Assembly: GCA_012862495.1 (NCBI GenBank)
Contig: BLSG01000236.1
Coordinates: 1 to 56,946, forward strand
Direction: 5' to 3'
Length of the DNA stretch: 56,946 bases
From: Thraustochytrium aureum
Lineage: Eukaryota
Under the pieces are notes generated by a model. It searched no databases and was not told the origin of the DNA. It saw only the letters and a list, made by a program, of their open reading frames with translations. Positions 35,399 through 46,500 of this stretch are shown here, one piece after another (position 1 is the first letter of the stretch; every line of letters begins with the position of its first letter). The position numbers were made by a program, and so were the translations under genes.

Positions 35399-35639
35399 CT
35401 TTCCTGTAGAACCCACGAGCAACCGAGTCAGAATAATCAGGCGCAAGGCGATTCCTCGGAGTCACTGCCCCGTTGGCGCCCGACCGCCCAAGGGGTCGAT
35501 TGGCAGTGCCCACTCTGCGAGTCTGCGAACGTGGTCTCCCCGTCGCCGCGAAAGCCAGAGAGCCCCGCACTCGGAGGCCGCCACTCGACTGAAAAGCGGC
35601 CGGCTTTCGCGAGCAGGCGGGCTCTTTCAATCAATCAAA

Positions 35640-38600
35640 TCAGAGCTTGTTGTGCGCGCGGGCCTGCACAGGAAAAAGTGCATTCGCAGTCCTGAATTGC
35701 TTGATGCTGTGCACCACAAAGGCTGCCGGCTCTCCGCGCGTCTGCAGCGCGTGAGCGGCCACGAGCGTCGGGTTGCGCGACGCGTGCGGCTCGCTAGCCG
35801 AGGCCTCGCTGGGGAGTGCGGAGCGGTGCTTGGACCCGAACACGCCGACCACGAGCTTGCGGCGCGACGGACCGCCCCGCTTGATGAACCGGTCAAAAAA
35901 GTCTACGAGCTCCGCCTTGGTGAGCGTGGATACGCTAGCGCCGAGCTCGACGGCCCGCGAGAATCGGTAAAAGTGCGACTCTACCTCGCCGGACCAGCGC
36001 CGGCTCTCAGCGAAGATAGACTTGTCCTTCTCCAGAATGGCGTCAAGGACGGCGTCGATGTTCTGCTGCAAGGCGGCCTCCGACATCTCGACCAGGATTT
36101 GTCGCAACGAGACAAGGAACCCCTCGATCTTCTCGTCGAGCACGAAGGGGTCAGCGCGGCTGGACTGCACGATGATGCGGAGCGAGGTGATACCTTGGTC
36201 CGCCCGCACGCCGCAAAATACAATGTACCCGAGCTGCTGCTCAGTCCGCAGTTGGTTGAAGCAAGGCTCTTGCGCGATCTGCGACAGGACCTGAAGCGGG
36301 GCCGCGAGATGAGGGTCGTCCGGGCCGGTCTGCAGCAAGAGCTCGATGGACGAGTTGATGTTGTCCGGGTCCCGCCCAGGCAGCATGTAGAACGTCTCGG
36401 AGGCGTCATCGAGCTTGACCACGCGCGGGACCATGCTCGACTCGTGCACAGCCGCAGGCTCCATCTTGCCAATTCGTGCGCGGATCTGGCGCGCCAGCGC
36501 CAGCGCCTCGGTCGGCGTGGCGTTGCCTGACACTAGCAGCTCGAGCGAGCTGCGCGACATCAACGCCGAAACGTGGCTCACGACGTCCGCGAGCTCGACG
36601 TCCTCGATCGCAGCGAGCTTTTCATCAATGTGCCAACGCGGCACGTTGAGCATTACGCTCGAGGTGTAGACGGCGTGCTGGTAGGGCTGTTCCATGTTAA
36701 AGTTTCGATAGTCGCGGGTCAGCTTGGACTTGAATCGGCCAAACGCGCGCTCGGTGAACGCGGCGGGCTGGCACAGCGCGTCGAGGACCTGCTGGAGCAA
36801 GATCGGCAGCTTGTGCGAAAACCCGCCAACCGCCACCACGACCCCGGTGGTCGTGTTGCGGAACGAATAGAACAGCCCTGCGATCTCGGCCGCATAGGCA
36901 TACTCGACCAGGACGTCCTGCACCAACATGACATACAGCTCGGAAAGCACCGCGGCGCGGGGGTCTTGGTAAGTAGCAGGGCTCTGCAGGAGAGCCGACA
37001 CGATCGTCTTGGGCCGCTTGAACACGGTGTCCTGCTTGAGCCAGACCAGGCCCCCGACGTCTTCGCCGGCAGCAACGAGAACTGGCGGCCGAAACGTGTC
37101 GAGGTCCTGCTGGTCGGGGTGGTCGCCCTCTGGCAGCCAGGGCCTCAGCGCGGATCGCTCCACGAACGACTTTAGCGCCTCGCGTCGCGCCTTGCTAGAC
37201 GCGCGGGCATCAACCACGGCCTCCCCGGGGTTCGGAGCGAACGGGCGCGGCCGGTAGGAGGGGATCCTGGGAAAACGCCTCTACAGCCTCAATCAAAAGC
37301 GGCGAAACGTTGGGCACAGCGGCGCGCAGGGCGTCCGTCGAGACTGGCTCGGGCTGCTGAAACGAGCGAAGCGAAAAGTCGCTCGGGAGGAACTCGTTCG
37401 GCTCGGGGAGCGCGAGCGCCGGGTCGCTGGCCCGTCGCCAGTCGTCCATCAAGTCGCTCTCCAGGCGCGACAGAGCGTACTTGGTCTTGTACCAAGTCTC
37501 GGAGAGCGTGGCCTGCGGCTCGCAGGCCTTGTGCGCTACCATGATCTGCGCCCGGTGCGGCGTGAGCTGGCGCAGAAAGTCGATGATTGAGTCGCGGTTG
37601 AACGAGCGGATCAGCGAGCTGGACATGACATGCTCCACGGGGTACTTTTGCATGTTGGCCGCGACGCGCGAAACAAATCCAGAAGGCTCTGACTGCGACT
37701 GGAAGCGGAACGAGTTGGCCGTCTGCATAGCGACCTCCCTCCAGAGCCACTCTTGCACGCCGCGAAAGCCGTCCCCGCAGAGCAGGTTGATGTAGGCGAA
37801 TACGGCGCCGATGATCTCGTTGACGTGCTCCATCCCTTCCTCGGTGCAGTCGACAGAGACCTTGTAAAAGCTGAAATCGCTGTTGTTGAAGCTGAGCCCG
37901 GCGCTCAGCTCGTTCGCCCAGCCTTTGCCCTTGAGGAGAGCTAGGACAGAACCGGGCCCCTCGTGGCCCATGAGGTTGGACACGTACCGGTTGGGGGCCT
38001 CTTTGTAGGCGCTCACCATGCTCTGCAGGCACCAGGTGATCTCGATTGAGCGAATGTCTTTGACCGGAACAACGTCGATGCGCCGACCCATCTCGCGCGT
38101 AGAGAGCGGGCTTCCCGCGTCCGGGCCGTACGAGGGCGGCGGCGCCTGGCTGTCCACGATGTCAGAAAAGTAGGTCCGCACCCAGCGCTCCAGCGTGTCG
38201 AGCGGCTCGCGGCCCAGCACAACGAGCTTCATCCGGTTGGCGGAATAGTAGCGTCTGTGAAACTCGAGCAGCGCCTCGCGCACGTCCACGCCGTTCTCCT
38301 GGGGCGTGTCGCGGAGCGTCTTGCTGTCCCCAGTGGCGAACTTGTGGTACGGGTGCGACGGGTTGCTGGTCGACTTTTCTAGCTGAAAGCTACGCCACAT
38401 GTCGTCTTGCAGGTTCTTCGCGTGCTCGCTGTCAACAGCGTTGAGCTCGCGGTCGGTCGCGGTCGGAGTGAAGAGCGGGCTGATAAAGAACTGCGCGAAA
38501 CGGTCGAGGGCGCCCTCCAGCGAGGCGTGCCCCACGTCAAAGTAGTAGTTGGTGTTTTCCATTGGAGGTGTACGCGTTGGAGCGCCCCCCGTTNTCGGAG

Positions 38601-38670
38601 AGGAACGACGAGTAGCTATTCTCGTCTGGGAACTTGGCGGTGCCGAGGAAGAGCATGTGCTCTAAGAAGT
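35640..38670 (-). CDS. IDE: Insulysin / insulin-degrading enzyme, peptidase M16A (5' end in gap)
   Basis: Inverted zincin (H)FLEHMLFLGT, NAYTS, LDRFAQFFISPLF, RELNAVDSEH, YYSANRM, LMGHEGPGS, WLKQD..F..PK and FNQLRTEQQLGYIV. Frame breaks near 38563 and 37260. C-terminus ...HNKL. Confidence 0.93.
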
Positions 38671-39182
38671 NNNNNNNNNNNNNNNNNNNNNNNNNNNNNN
38701 NNNNNNNNNNNNNNNNNNNNNNNNNNNNNNNNNNNNNNNNNNNNNNNNNNNNNNNNNNNNNNNNNNNNNNNNNNNNNNNNNNNNNNNNNNNNNNNNNNNN
38801 NNNNNNNNNNNNNNNNNNNNNNNNNNNNNNNNNNNNNNNNNNNNNNNNNNNNNNNNNNNNNNNNNNNNNNNNNNNNNNNNNNNNNNNNNNNNNNNNNNNN
38901 NNNNNNNNNNNNNNNNNNNNNNNNNNNNNNNNNNNNNNNNNNNNNNNNNNNNNNNNNNNNNNNNNNNNNNNNNNNNNNNNNNNNNNNNNNNNNNNNNNNN
39001 NNNNNNNNNNNNNNNNNNNNNNNNNNNNNNNNNNNNNNNNNNNNNNNNNNNNNNNNNNNNNNNNNNNNNNNNNNNNNNNNNNNNNNNNNNNNNNNNNNNN
39101 NNNNNNNNNNNNNNNNNNNNNNNNNNNNNNNNNNNNNNNNNNNNNNNNNNNNNNNNNNNNNNNNNNNNNNNNNNNNNNNNAG

Positions 39183-39542
39183 CAAGAGTACGGCCCGGTT
39201 GCGCTTGGCGAAGGGACGTGCAGCGTGCGGCACTTTGACCTGTATCGCATCAAAGGCAGGCTCACGCAAGTTGACTGGCAGGCCTTCGGGTGGGACAGCG
39301 TTCTCTTTCGCGACGTGTGCCTCGTAGAATGGCCAGAGAGCGCCCTGGAGGGCTTGGACCGCGCATGGACCAAAGCGCCTGCAGGACGCGTGTGGCACGT
39401 GTCTGTTGGCTTTGACGAGGCGACCGGGACGAAAGAGCCAGCGATGGACGAGTGCGACGAACCGCGGCTGCTGCGCTGCACGGCGCTTCAGCGGGGTCAG
39501 ACCTCCATCGTGCAAGCGTGCGGCCAAGTTGAGAAGTGCTAG
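39183..39542 (+). CDS. tsaE: tRNA t6A biosynthesis ATPase TsaE (YjeE)-like, C-terminal half (P-loop in gap)
   Basis: QEY...HFDLYRI...VCLVEWPE...R matches the TsaE signature order (SPTF.L..EY, H.DLYRL, +IEWP). Confidence 0.75.
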   Translation, partial: QEYGPVALGEGTCSVRHFDLYRIKGRLTQVDWQAFGWDSVLFRDVCLVEWPESALEGLDRAWTKAPAGRVWHVSVGFDEATGTKEPAMDECDEPRLLRCTALQRGQTSIVQACGQVEKC

Positions 39543-39646
39543 CGGCGCGCTGTGGTTAATTAAAGAACGCAACCCGGGAATTCATAGAACCTACATGAGC
39601 GCGAGCCAGGCCGGGCGAAAACGACTGCGCGAGCTTCAGTTGGTAA

Positions 39647-42600
39647 TCAGGGCATGGGCTGCCCGTAAGCTTTGGCCACGCGGCCACGAATCTTGCGCTG
39701 CTTGGTGCTGACCGGAGATCGCCGCACAGGTTTGATGACCGGCGGGATGCGAGGCGGCGAGCGGAGCGGCGGCAACCCCCCCGAGGGCGACTTGGGCGAC
39801 TTGGGCGGGACAAGCTCCGATGGGCGAAACTCGTGCACCTCCTCCAAATCAGCCTCGTCCCCCTCCCACGGGCCATGCGGAACGTTGAAGACAGACGCGC
39901 CCTCAACGAGGAGCCCTGCTGCGTCCTGCGCTTGCTCAGTTCGCGCGGCCACCTCGGCAGCCTCGCTCCGCGTCAGCTCGCGGCGCACAGCGAGGTGGTC
40001 GAGGATCACGCCAAGCCGGCTCCTATACGCAGGGTAGGCCTCCTGGAGCGCGTTCATGATTGGGCTTACGACAAAGTCGATAAAGTTGAGCGTGAGCTGC
40101 GGAATATTCTGCTCGCCGCGGTCGCAGAAAGGCGACACCTCCAACCCTCGGCTCCTCTCTTCGTCCCCCTGCTGGAAGAACTCCTCGTTGACGAGCGCAG
40201 TCCACTTGCGAAAGATACGGTCGGGCTTGATTGGGTTGGAAACGTCTGCAGAGCACAGCACCAACTTGAGCTGCAGCAAGTGGTCGGTCACGCTCCCCTC
40301 GTTGACGGCTTTCAGAAGCTTGACGTGCTTGGAAACGTCTGTGGCCAAGATACACTCGACAAAGATCTTGCGCATCTCCTTCCGCCCCGCGACGTCCAAG
40401 TTGCCGAACATTTCATCCTTGCACTTGCGTATGCAGCGGAATGCCAGCGAGGCGTGGTAGCTCTCGAGCACTGATCGATCGTTGTAGCGGATTGCCAAGT
40501 CACTCTCGAGCGCGACTTGAAACCTGTTGTTGCGCCCGGGATGGCCGATGTCATGGCAGAACGCGGCCAGGAGCAGCGCATACCCGGACAGGTTGGGCGC
40601 ATTCTTCCCCAGCTCCGCCACCTCGAGGTAGAAGAAGCACGTCTTCATCACGTCGTACCCATGGTAGAGGTTGTGGTAGGGGTTACTGGCACGGTACAAC
40701 CGCGCAACGACGTTGAAAAAGTTGCGAAAAGCCGTCTGCTTGACCCCAAAGACGTCGAGCATGCCAAAGGATTGCAGCATATCGTGAGCGGAGACCATCA
40801 TCTGCGTCTCGTTCATGCGCCACACGTTCCACTCCTCTTCGTCCTTGAGAAGGGCTGCCAGCTCCATGCACGCTTCGGACTCGTCCGAAAGCGAGGGCAG
40901 CCCGGCATCTGCGCTCGGCGCTCCCTTGCTTCTGGCGGACCCCAGTATGGCGCCAGAAGAGGAGCGCTGGCGGCGGAAAGACCGACTTAATCCGTTGGTG
41001 AGGTTTGTCACGTGCAGCGACTGTCTGTGCCGTATTGGGCCCATGTGCGGGGTCCACTCAGCCAAGGAGCTTGCTAAGTCTGACCCATTCGTGCTGCTGA
41101 TCGCACTTACGGGGCTCTTCGGGCTGCCGAGGCCGCGGCTTTCAGGGGACATTGGCGAGAGGGCAGGCTCTGAAGCGTCCGGAGAGGCCAGATCGATTCC
41201 CTCGTCCTCGGTCGCCTGGAACGTCGCGTCGAGCCACCGCTTCGTCTTGATGTCCACTTTGAGTTCCGGCATGGCAAACCTCTGCTTGTCAACCACGTTA
41301 CAAATCTCCTTGATTGCGTTGTATAGGTGGCCGCCCTCCGCGCCAGCCTTGATCTCCACGTCGCCTTCCAGCTGGCGTAGGAGGTCCGACACTTTGGTAA
41401 ACTCCGACTGGAACTCGCGCATCATCGCAACCGTCCTGTTCGAATCCGAGCGTTGCACCGATAACTGGTACTGCAGTGCGACTGATCGTCGCCGCAAAAA
41501 GCTGACTTCGTCATAGTCCTCCTCTGCATCGTCCTCCGAGTCGGTGTCCTTCGCTTCTTCCTCATCCCCGTCCATCGTACTTGCTTCTCTTGCATTTTGC
41601 GCGTCCCCGCCCCCCGTCTTCTGGTCGCCCTTCTCGCTTGGTGGCCCCGCCCTTGCATTCCGCTCGGTGGGGGCTTCAGCTTGAGCGGAGGCAAGAAGAC
41701 CTGCTGTTGGAACTGGATCGTGCCCTGGCAAGCCGCTCTCGACGTCGCGGGACGCTGAGGCGTCTAGGGAAGCGGTTGCTTCGTCGCTGCTGTCGCTGGC
41801 TCTGCTAGGCCTCGCGTTGTTCCCTGCCGTCGCTTCCGCTTTCACGCCGTCGGCCTCGACGTCTCGGGCAACCTTGTCGTCACTGTCTGGCTTGAGCGCG
41901 CAGAGCGGAAAGCTGCTTTCGTCAGGCGCCTCAAACTCAGCGTTGGTGCCGTCTGCACTCTTGAGCGAGTTGACATTGTTGTCGCTTGTATCGCCTGTAC
42001 CGCTTGCGGTGTCGGCAACGGAGCCATCCGCGATCTCCTGTGTGCCCTCCGCAGACACCTCGCTTCCTTGTGGACCAGCGGACGGAATAAGCGAGCTCAA
42101 CTCGCAGGCAGTCTTGTCGCGCTCGTTGGTTTCAGGGCCTATTTGCAAAATCTCATTGCCATCTTGCGGTCTCGTTTCGTCGTTCGCACGAGCGTCGGTT
42201 TCCAACGCTTCTTCAATCTGTGGGCTGAGTTTGCCGAGTTTGTACGGAGCTGGGAGATCAGCCTTGCGGATGCTGCTTTTCCTGCGCCGCGGAACCTGCT
42301 GCGTGAGCTCGACAACTCGCTCCTCAAGCGCGAGTCGAAGGACCAGATTGTCCACCCGGCGCTGCAATAGCTTGGGGTCGACATCGAACGGCATCTCGTC
42401 GGCGGCTCCAATCGCGGCGACGATGCCCATGTCGGTATTGCTGAGAAGGAAGACGGGGAGTTCGAGACCGGCGACGAGCGATGCGCTGTCGGTAATCGCA
42501 AGCCCGGCGGCTTTCGGAATGGTCTCGGGTATGATTTCCTGGATGTCGGCGTCTGAAAGGTCAACAAAGGTGACAGAAAACAACTCGCCCAGCGCAGCCT

Positions 42601-42685
42601 CACAGGTCGCCCTGGTTGCTCCCCTCGTCCACAGCACGACCACTTCTACCGTGCGGCGAAGCCTGGCCAGCTCTGCGGGGTCCAT
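39647..42685 (-). CDS. Class I 3',5'-cyclic nucleotide phosphodiesterase with an N-terminal receiver-like domain
   Basis: Catalytic motifs NPYHNLYHGYDV, AAFCHDIGHPGRNN, YNDRSVLESYH, ILATD, ADVSNP, EEFFQQGDEE, PFCDR and FIDFVV. The N-terminal LPVFLLS...AIGAADEMPFDVDPKLLQRRVDNLV resembles the C-terminal half of a REC fold. Uninterrupted 1012-aa ORF. Confidence 0.9.
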   Translation of the reverse strand: MDPAELARLRRTVEVVVLWTRGATRATCEAALGELFSVTFVDLSDADIQEIIPETIPKAAGLAITDSASLVAGLELPVFLLSNTDMGIVAAIGAADEMPFDVDPKLLQRRVDNLVLRLALEERVVELTQQVPRRRKSSIRKADLPAPYKLGKLSPQIEEALETDARANDETRPQDGNEILQIGPETNERDKTACELSSLIPSAGPQGSEVSAEGTQEIADGSVADTASGTGDTSDNNVNSLKSADGTNAEFEAPDESSFPLCALKPDSDDKVARDVEADGVKAEATAGNNARPSRASDSSDEATASLDASASRDVESGLPGHDPVPTAGLLASAQAEAPTERNARAGPPSEKGDQKTGGGDAQNAREASTMDGDEEEAKDTDSEDDAEEDYDEVSFLRRRSVALQYQLSVQRSDSNRTVAMMREFQSEFTKVSDLLRQLEGDVEIKAGAEGGHLYNAIKEICNVVDKQRFAMPELKVDIKTKRWLDATFQATEDEGIDLASPDASEPALSPMSPESRGLGSPKSPVSAISSTNGSDLASSLAEWTPHMGPIRHRQSLHVTNLTNGLSRSFRRQRSSSGAILGSARSKGAPSADAGLPSLSDESEACMELAALLKDEEEWNVWRMNETQMMVSAHDMLQSFGMLDVFGVKQTAFRNFFNVVARLYRASNPYHNLYHGYDVMKTCFFYLEVAELGKNAPNLSGYALLLAAFCHDIGHPGRNNRFQVALESDLAIRYNDRSVLESYHASLAFRCIRKCKDEMFGNLDVAGRKEMRKIFVECILATDVSKHVKLLKAVNEGSVTDHLLQLKLVLCSADVSNPIKPDRIFRKWTALVNEEFFQQGDEERSRGLEVSPFCDRGEQNIPQLTLNFIDFVVSPIMNALQEAYPAYRSRLGVILDHLAVRRELTRSEAAEVAARTEQAQDAAGLLVEGASVFNVPHGPWEGDEADLEEVHEFRPSELVPPKSPKSPSGGLPPLRSPPRIPPVIKPVRRSPVSTKQRKIRGRVAKAYGQPMP

Positions 42686-43580
42686 GGTGGAGCTTGGGTG
42701 GTTGACTCTGTGGTTCGATTCAGTTGAAGCTCGCCTGGTTCATCCTACGCTTGTCTCGCTCCGTTCCAAGAGAGATGCGGTCTCCGCGAGCCGCTCGCCG
42801 CGAACCGCGCAGGCCGAGCGCTCGCCTCTGCGCGACCTGTCTTCCCGCTAGGTAGGTGCTTGGACGCCGCGCTGCCTGCGTGCGTGCGGGCAGTGCTGGA
42901 CTGCTCTGACATCCGGACTCTTCGAACGGATAGATTCTACGCAAGCGAAAGCACACATCATCCAACACACCTTGGCGAGGCAAGCGGAGCAAAGCGCTTC
43001 CTCAGAACTAGGTGGTCCAGCCTCTCGGAGGAAATGGCGGGCCAGCTCCTCTCTGCGCTTCGTTTCGGTGAGCGCAGGGCGGGCGAACTCCCCAGCCCGC
43101 TGCGTTCGCCCGCACCTTGTGCCTTGTCAAGCGAGGCCACTGACACTGCCTATCCGTTGAGGGTTTCCGCAAACAATGGAAACTGGCAGGGCCAAGTGCG
43201 TGTCTTGACGGAGTGGCGCAGGCAACGCAACTCAACCAAGTGCACATGACGTAGCGCAGCATGCGAGGTTTTATTTGCCTCCTGCCAGTGAGGGGCAAAC
43301 ATCTCAAGTGCCACGGCAACCGAGCGCGGCAGCAACCTTGAATTCATCCGCATCCATTCGGGCTGGCTTCCCTTCTCGTTCGCTCTCGCCTTGGGCGCTT
43401 GCCATGCGTTTCGTCTGCAGAGTCGAGGGTTGTGCCAATCTGTTTTACTTTTGAAACCTTAGCGATCGCCAAACGCGCACACTCGGAGCCGATGCGCCGG
43501 CCGTATGCTGTCACGCGGCGTCGTTGAACCCAACAAACACGTGGAGGAGGCCTGTAGACATACAGCGATGCTCCAGCTTG

Positions 43581-46500
43581 CTAGTGATGCCTGTGCGCGA
43601 TGAGCGCCACACCACGAAGCACATGGTTCGGGCCTACCTCGCCAGCCAAGTGAATTTGTGCAAGCAGGTGATCGCGGCTCGAGTCCGCGTACAGCGGCAA
43701 GCACACCGCGCTCTCAACGCCCGCCGAGCCGTCCGCGACCGCAAACCAGACAAACCGGCAGCTGAGCTGCGAGCGAGACTGCTCGATACCGCCTTCCAGG
43801 ACAACGTCAGACTCAAAATCCGCCCCCTGCAGGCCCTCCTCCGCGCGCAGAGCCCCTGGCGGAAGCGCAACCAGTACAAGGTTCTCCAACGAAACGCCCT
43901 TGTCCTTGGCAACCTGCTGCCGGGTGGCCGTCAGGAAGGCCCCGGGCGAAAACAGGTCGCCGAGAGAAAACGCTACCGGGAGGCGGAACCCGTTGCCACT
44001 CTCCAAGAGGGCTGCAAAGGCGCCAACCTTGACGAAGAGGTCTTGCATCCACATGTCCACCGTGACTGCCTTGTTCCCGAAGTGTAAAAACGCCCGCCAG
44101 GAAGCAGGGACTTGCTGGCGGTGAACCGCCTGTGCAAGGTCAAAGAGCTCGTTTGTCATGCGCTGGTCCCCGCGGAAGACAGCCGCGAGGCCTTCGAACT
44201 GCGCGCGAAGGAGAGCGAGGGACTGCAGCACAACGCTCGCCTCGCGCTCAAAGCACCTGAAGATCGGGTTGGAGACGGCCTCCGCGTCCCGCCTCAGACC
44301 GGTGGAGCAAAGCTTGTCGACCTTGTCGAACTGGGCAAGCTGCTGTCGCCATACAGCCACGCTGTCCCCGACCTGCGCCATCCACTTGGGCTTTTGCGCC
44401 ATCGACTCGTCGGCATCGGTGTCTGCGGCAGAGGCAGCCGCCAGCGAGTTGCCGCAGCCCGCCACCTTCGCAGCGGCAGCTTGGTCCTCGCCGGCAGTGC
44501 CGGCCTCGCCCGCGCTCGCTGCGTCCTTGAGCCGGAGGAACTTTGAAGCAAGCTGGCGGGCGTCGGCCTGAAGCAGGATGCGCTCCGCAGAAGCTGCGAG
44601 ACCGAGCCAGGACGGGTCGTTGGCGTGGGCGAGCGTGGCGACCCACGCCTCGAAGTGGGCCTTGCACGTCCCCGGCGGCGCCTGCAGCTTGAACCCACCC
44701 GTTTCCAGGCTGTTGACAAGCAGAAAGTCCGGCTCGAAGGCCTCCGGCCTGAAAATATTGCCCAAGACGCGGTCAAGGATCTGCTGGTCGAACGCGTTGT
44801 CGATGCGGCCACCATATGTCGACTCGGCCAGAATCGAGCGGATCGCAGCCCAAGGGATCTCCTCTGGTGCAACATGCTCGCGAGAACGTGCGACTCGGTC
44901 TACCCACTCGTCCACGACGTCCATGGCGCACGCTTGGTCCGCATCGCTGAACTCGTACAGCTTTGTCCATCCGATCGGCGCGAAACGCAGGCGCTCGAGC
45001 AGCACGGCATGAAACCACGCAAGCAAAAAGTAGAGGCGCGAGCGCTCCACGGGGGCCTTGTTGACACGCTCAGCGGGCATCGCGCGCAGAGACCGCTGCA
45101 GGCTCGCGCGGACCCCCTTGGGCGCCTCAAAGACGAGCTTGACGCTCTGCCGCAAGAGAGTCTTGGGCACCTTGTCACTGATTTCCGACGTGAGGACGAG
45201 CCGGAAATCAGGCCGAGCGTTCAGCCCAAACATTTTCTTTTCGAGCGTCTCCAGCCAATCGGCCGCAAGGTGGACATTCTTGAGCATTACCCAGCCCCCG
45301 CTTTGCGTCGCGCTTGAAATGGCGCGCTCAGCCTCGCCGTAGCCCTCAGGCGACCCCATTGCGACAGATCGACACCGCACACCGCGCGCAAGCGCGAGAG
45401 CGTCGACCTTGCCGCTCATATCAAAGCCAGNNNNNNNNNNNNNNNNNNNNNNNNNNNNNNNNNNNNNNNNNNNNNNNNNNNNNNNNNNNNNNNNNNNNNN
45501 NNNNNNNNNNNNNNNNNAGGACGGGGTGCCTTGCATGCGCGCCGTGGATGCTCCCCTCGAGGTCCAGCTCGTTGCCTTCCGCTTCGAGGAACTGGCGCTC
45601 AAAGGCAAGGTCCACAAAGGCCGCCACGCCAGCAACAAACTGATCTGGCCGAAGCGCACGGAGGAGGTGCATGCGCAAGACCTGCTGGTTGAGCCGCGAG
45701 GCGAGCTCGGACGGTGGCGGAGACCCAGCTTCAACGGAGACGCGCTTGGTCGCGGCTTCTGCGAGCCGAAGAGGCGGTTCTGTGGCGCTTGGGTCGCGGG
45801 CGTTCGCCCAGTCGGTCCAAGCGGCCGCATTCCCCTTGAGCGAATCTGCGAGCCCTGCAAAGGCCGGCAAGTGCAGCGCGGCGCGCATTGCACTGCGTCC
45901 ACCTGGCTGGAAAGCGTTTCGGGGAGGCCAGTCAGTAGGATTGGGTCTGCCGCGGCACCTTCGCCCACCTCGTCGTGCGCGGTCCACAGGGCCTCGAATG
46001 CGTCGCGGTCAAACCCTGGTAGCGGAGCGTGCTCCTGGAGAATGCGCGCGAGCAGCAGGGCCCAGATGAGCTTGTCCTTCTCGAGCAGCGAGTGCTTGGC
46101 GCGCCGGTAGATCTCCAAGAAGAACGCGCGCTGCAGCTGGCCAAGGCGCTGCGCATGATCCGCTGCGGCAATTGTCGCCGCGTGCTCTGGGCTGAGAAGC
46201 CCATCGACGACCTGAAAGAAGAAGCCCAGCGAAAAGTGGTAAACAAAGTGGATCTCCGCCAGCCGCGCGAGTGCGAAAAAGGCCTTCGAGCACATTGCCG
46301 CGAACGGCGAGTAGAACGCGCTCACCTGCTGCACCTTGTCCATGACGGCGTCCGCGTCGGCTGCCTTTTGCTGAATCTCCTTGGCCTCGGTCTTGAGGCT
46401 CTCCAGCGTGTTGACCACTGAATCGTCATCGAGGATGTTGCCCTTGGCCGCGTTGAGCGAGTCGAGAAGGTTCTCCTCGAGCTCGCGAAGGCGCGCCTGG

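Noticed and set aside
33500..35640. Endogenous viral element or transposon around the EsV-1-7 gene
   Set aside because: No capsid, polymerase, integrase or transposase ORF, and no terminal repeats or TSD. A single gene flanked by host genes.
42686..43580. 0.9-kb intergenic region and its short ORFs as an ncRNA or small gene
   Set aside because: No tRNA cloverleaf, snoRNA boxes or coding-like ORF recognised; consistent with the dynein 3' UTR plus the PDE promoter.
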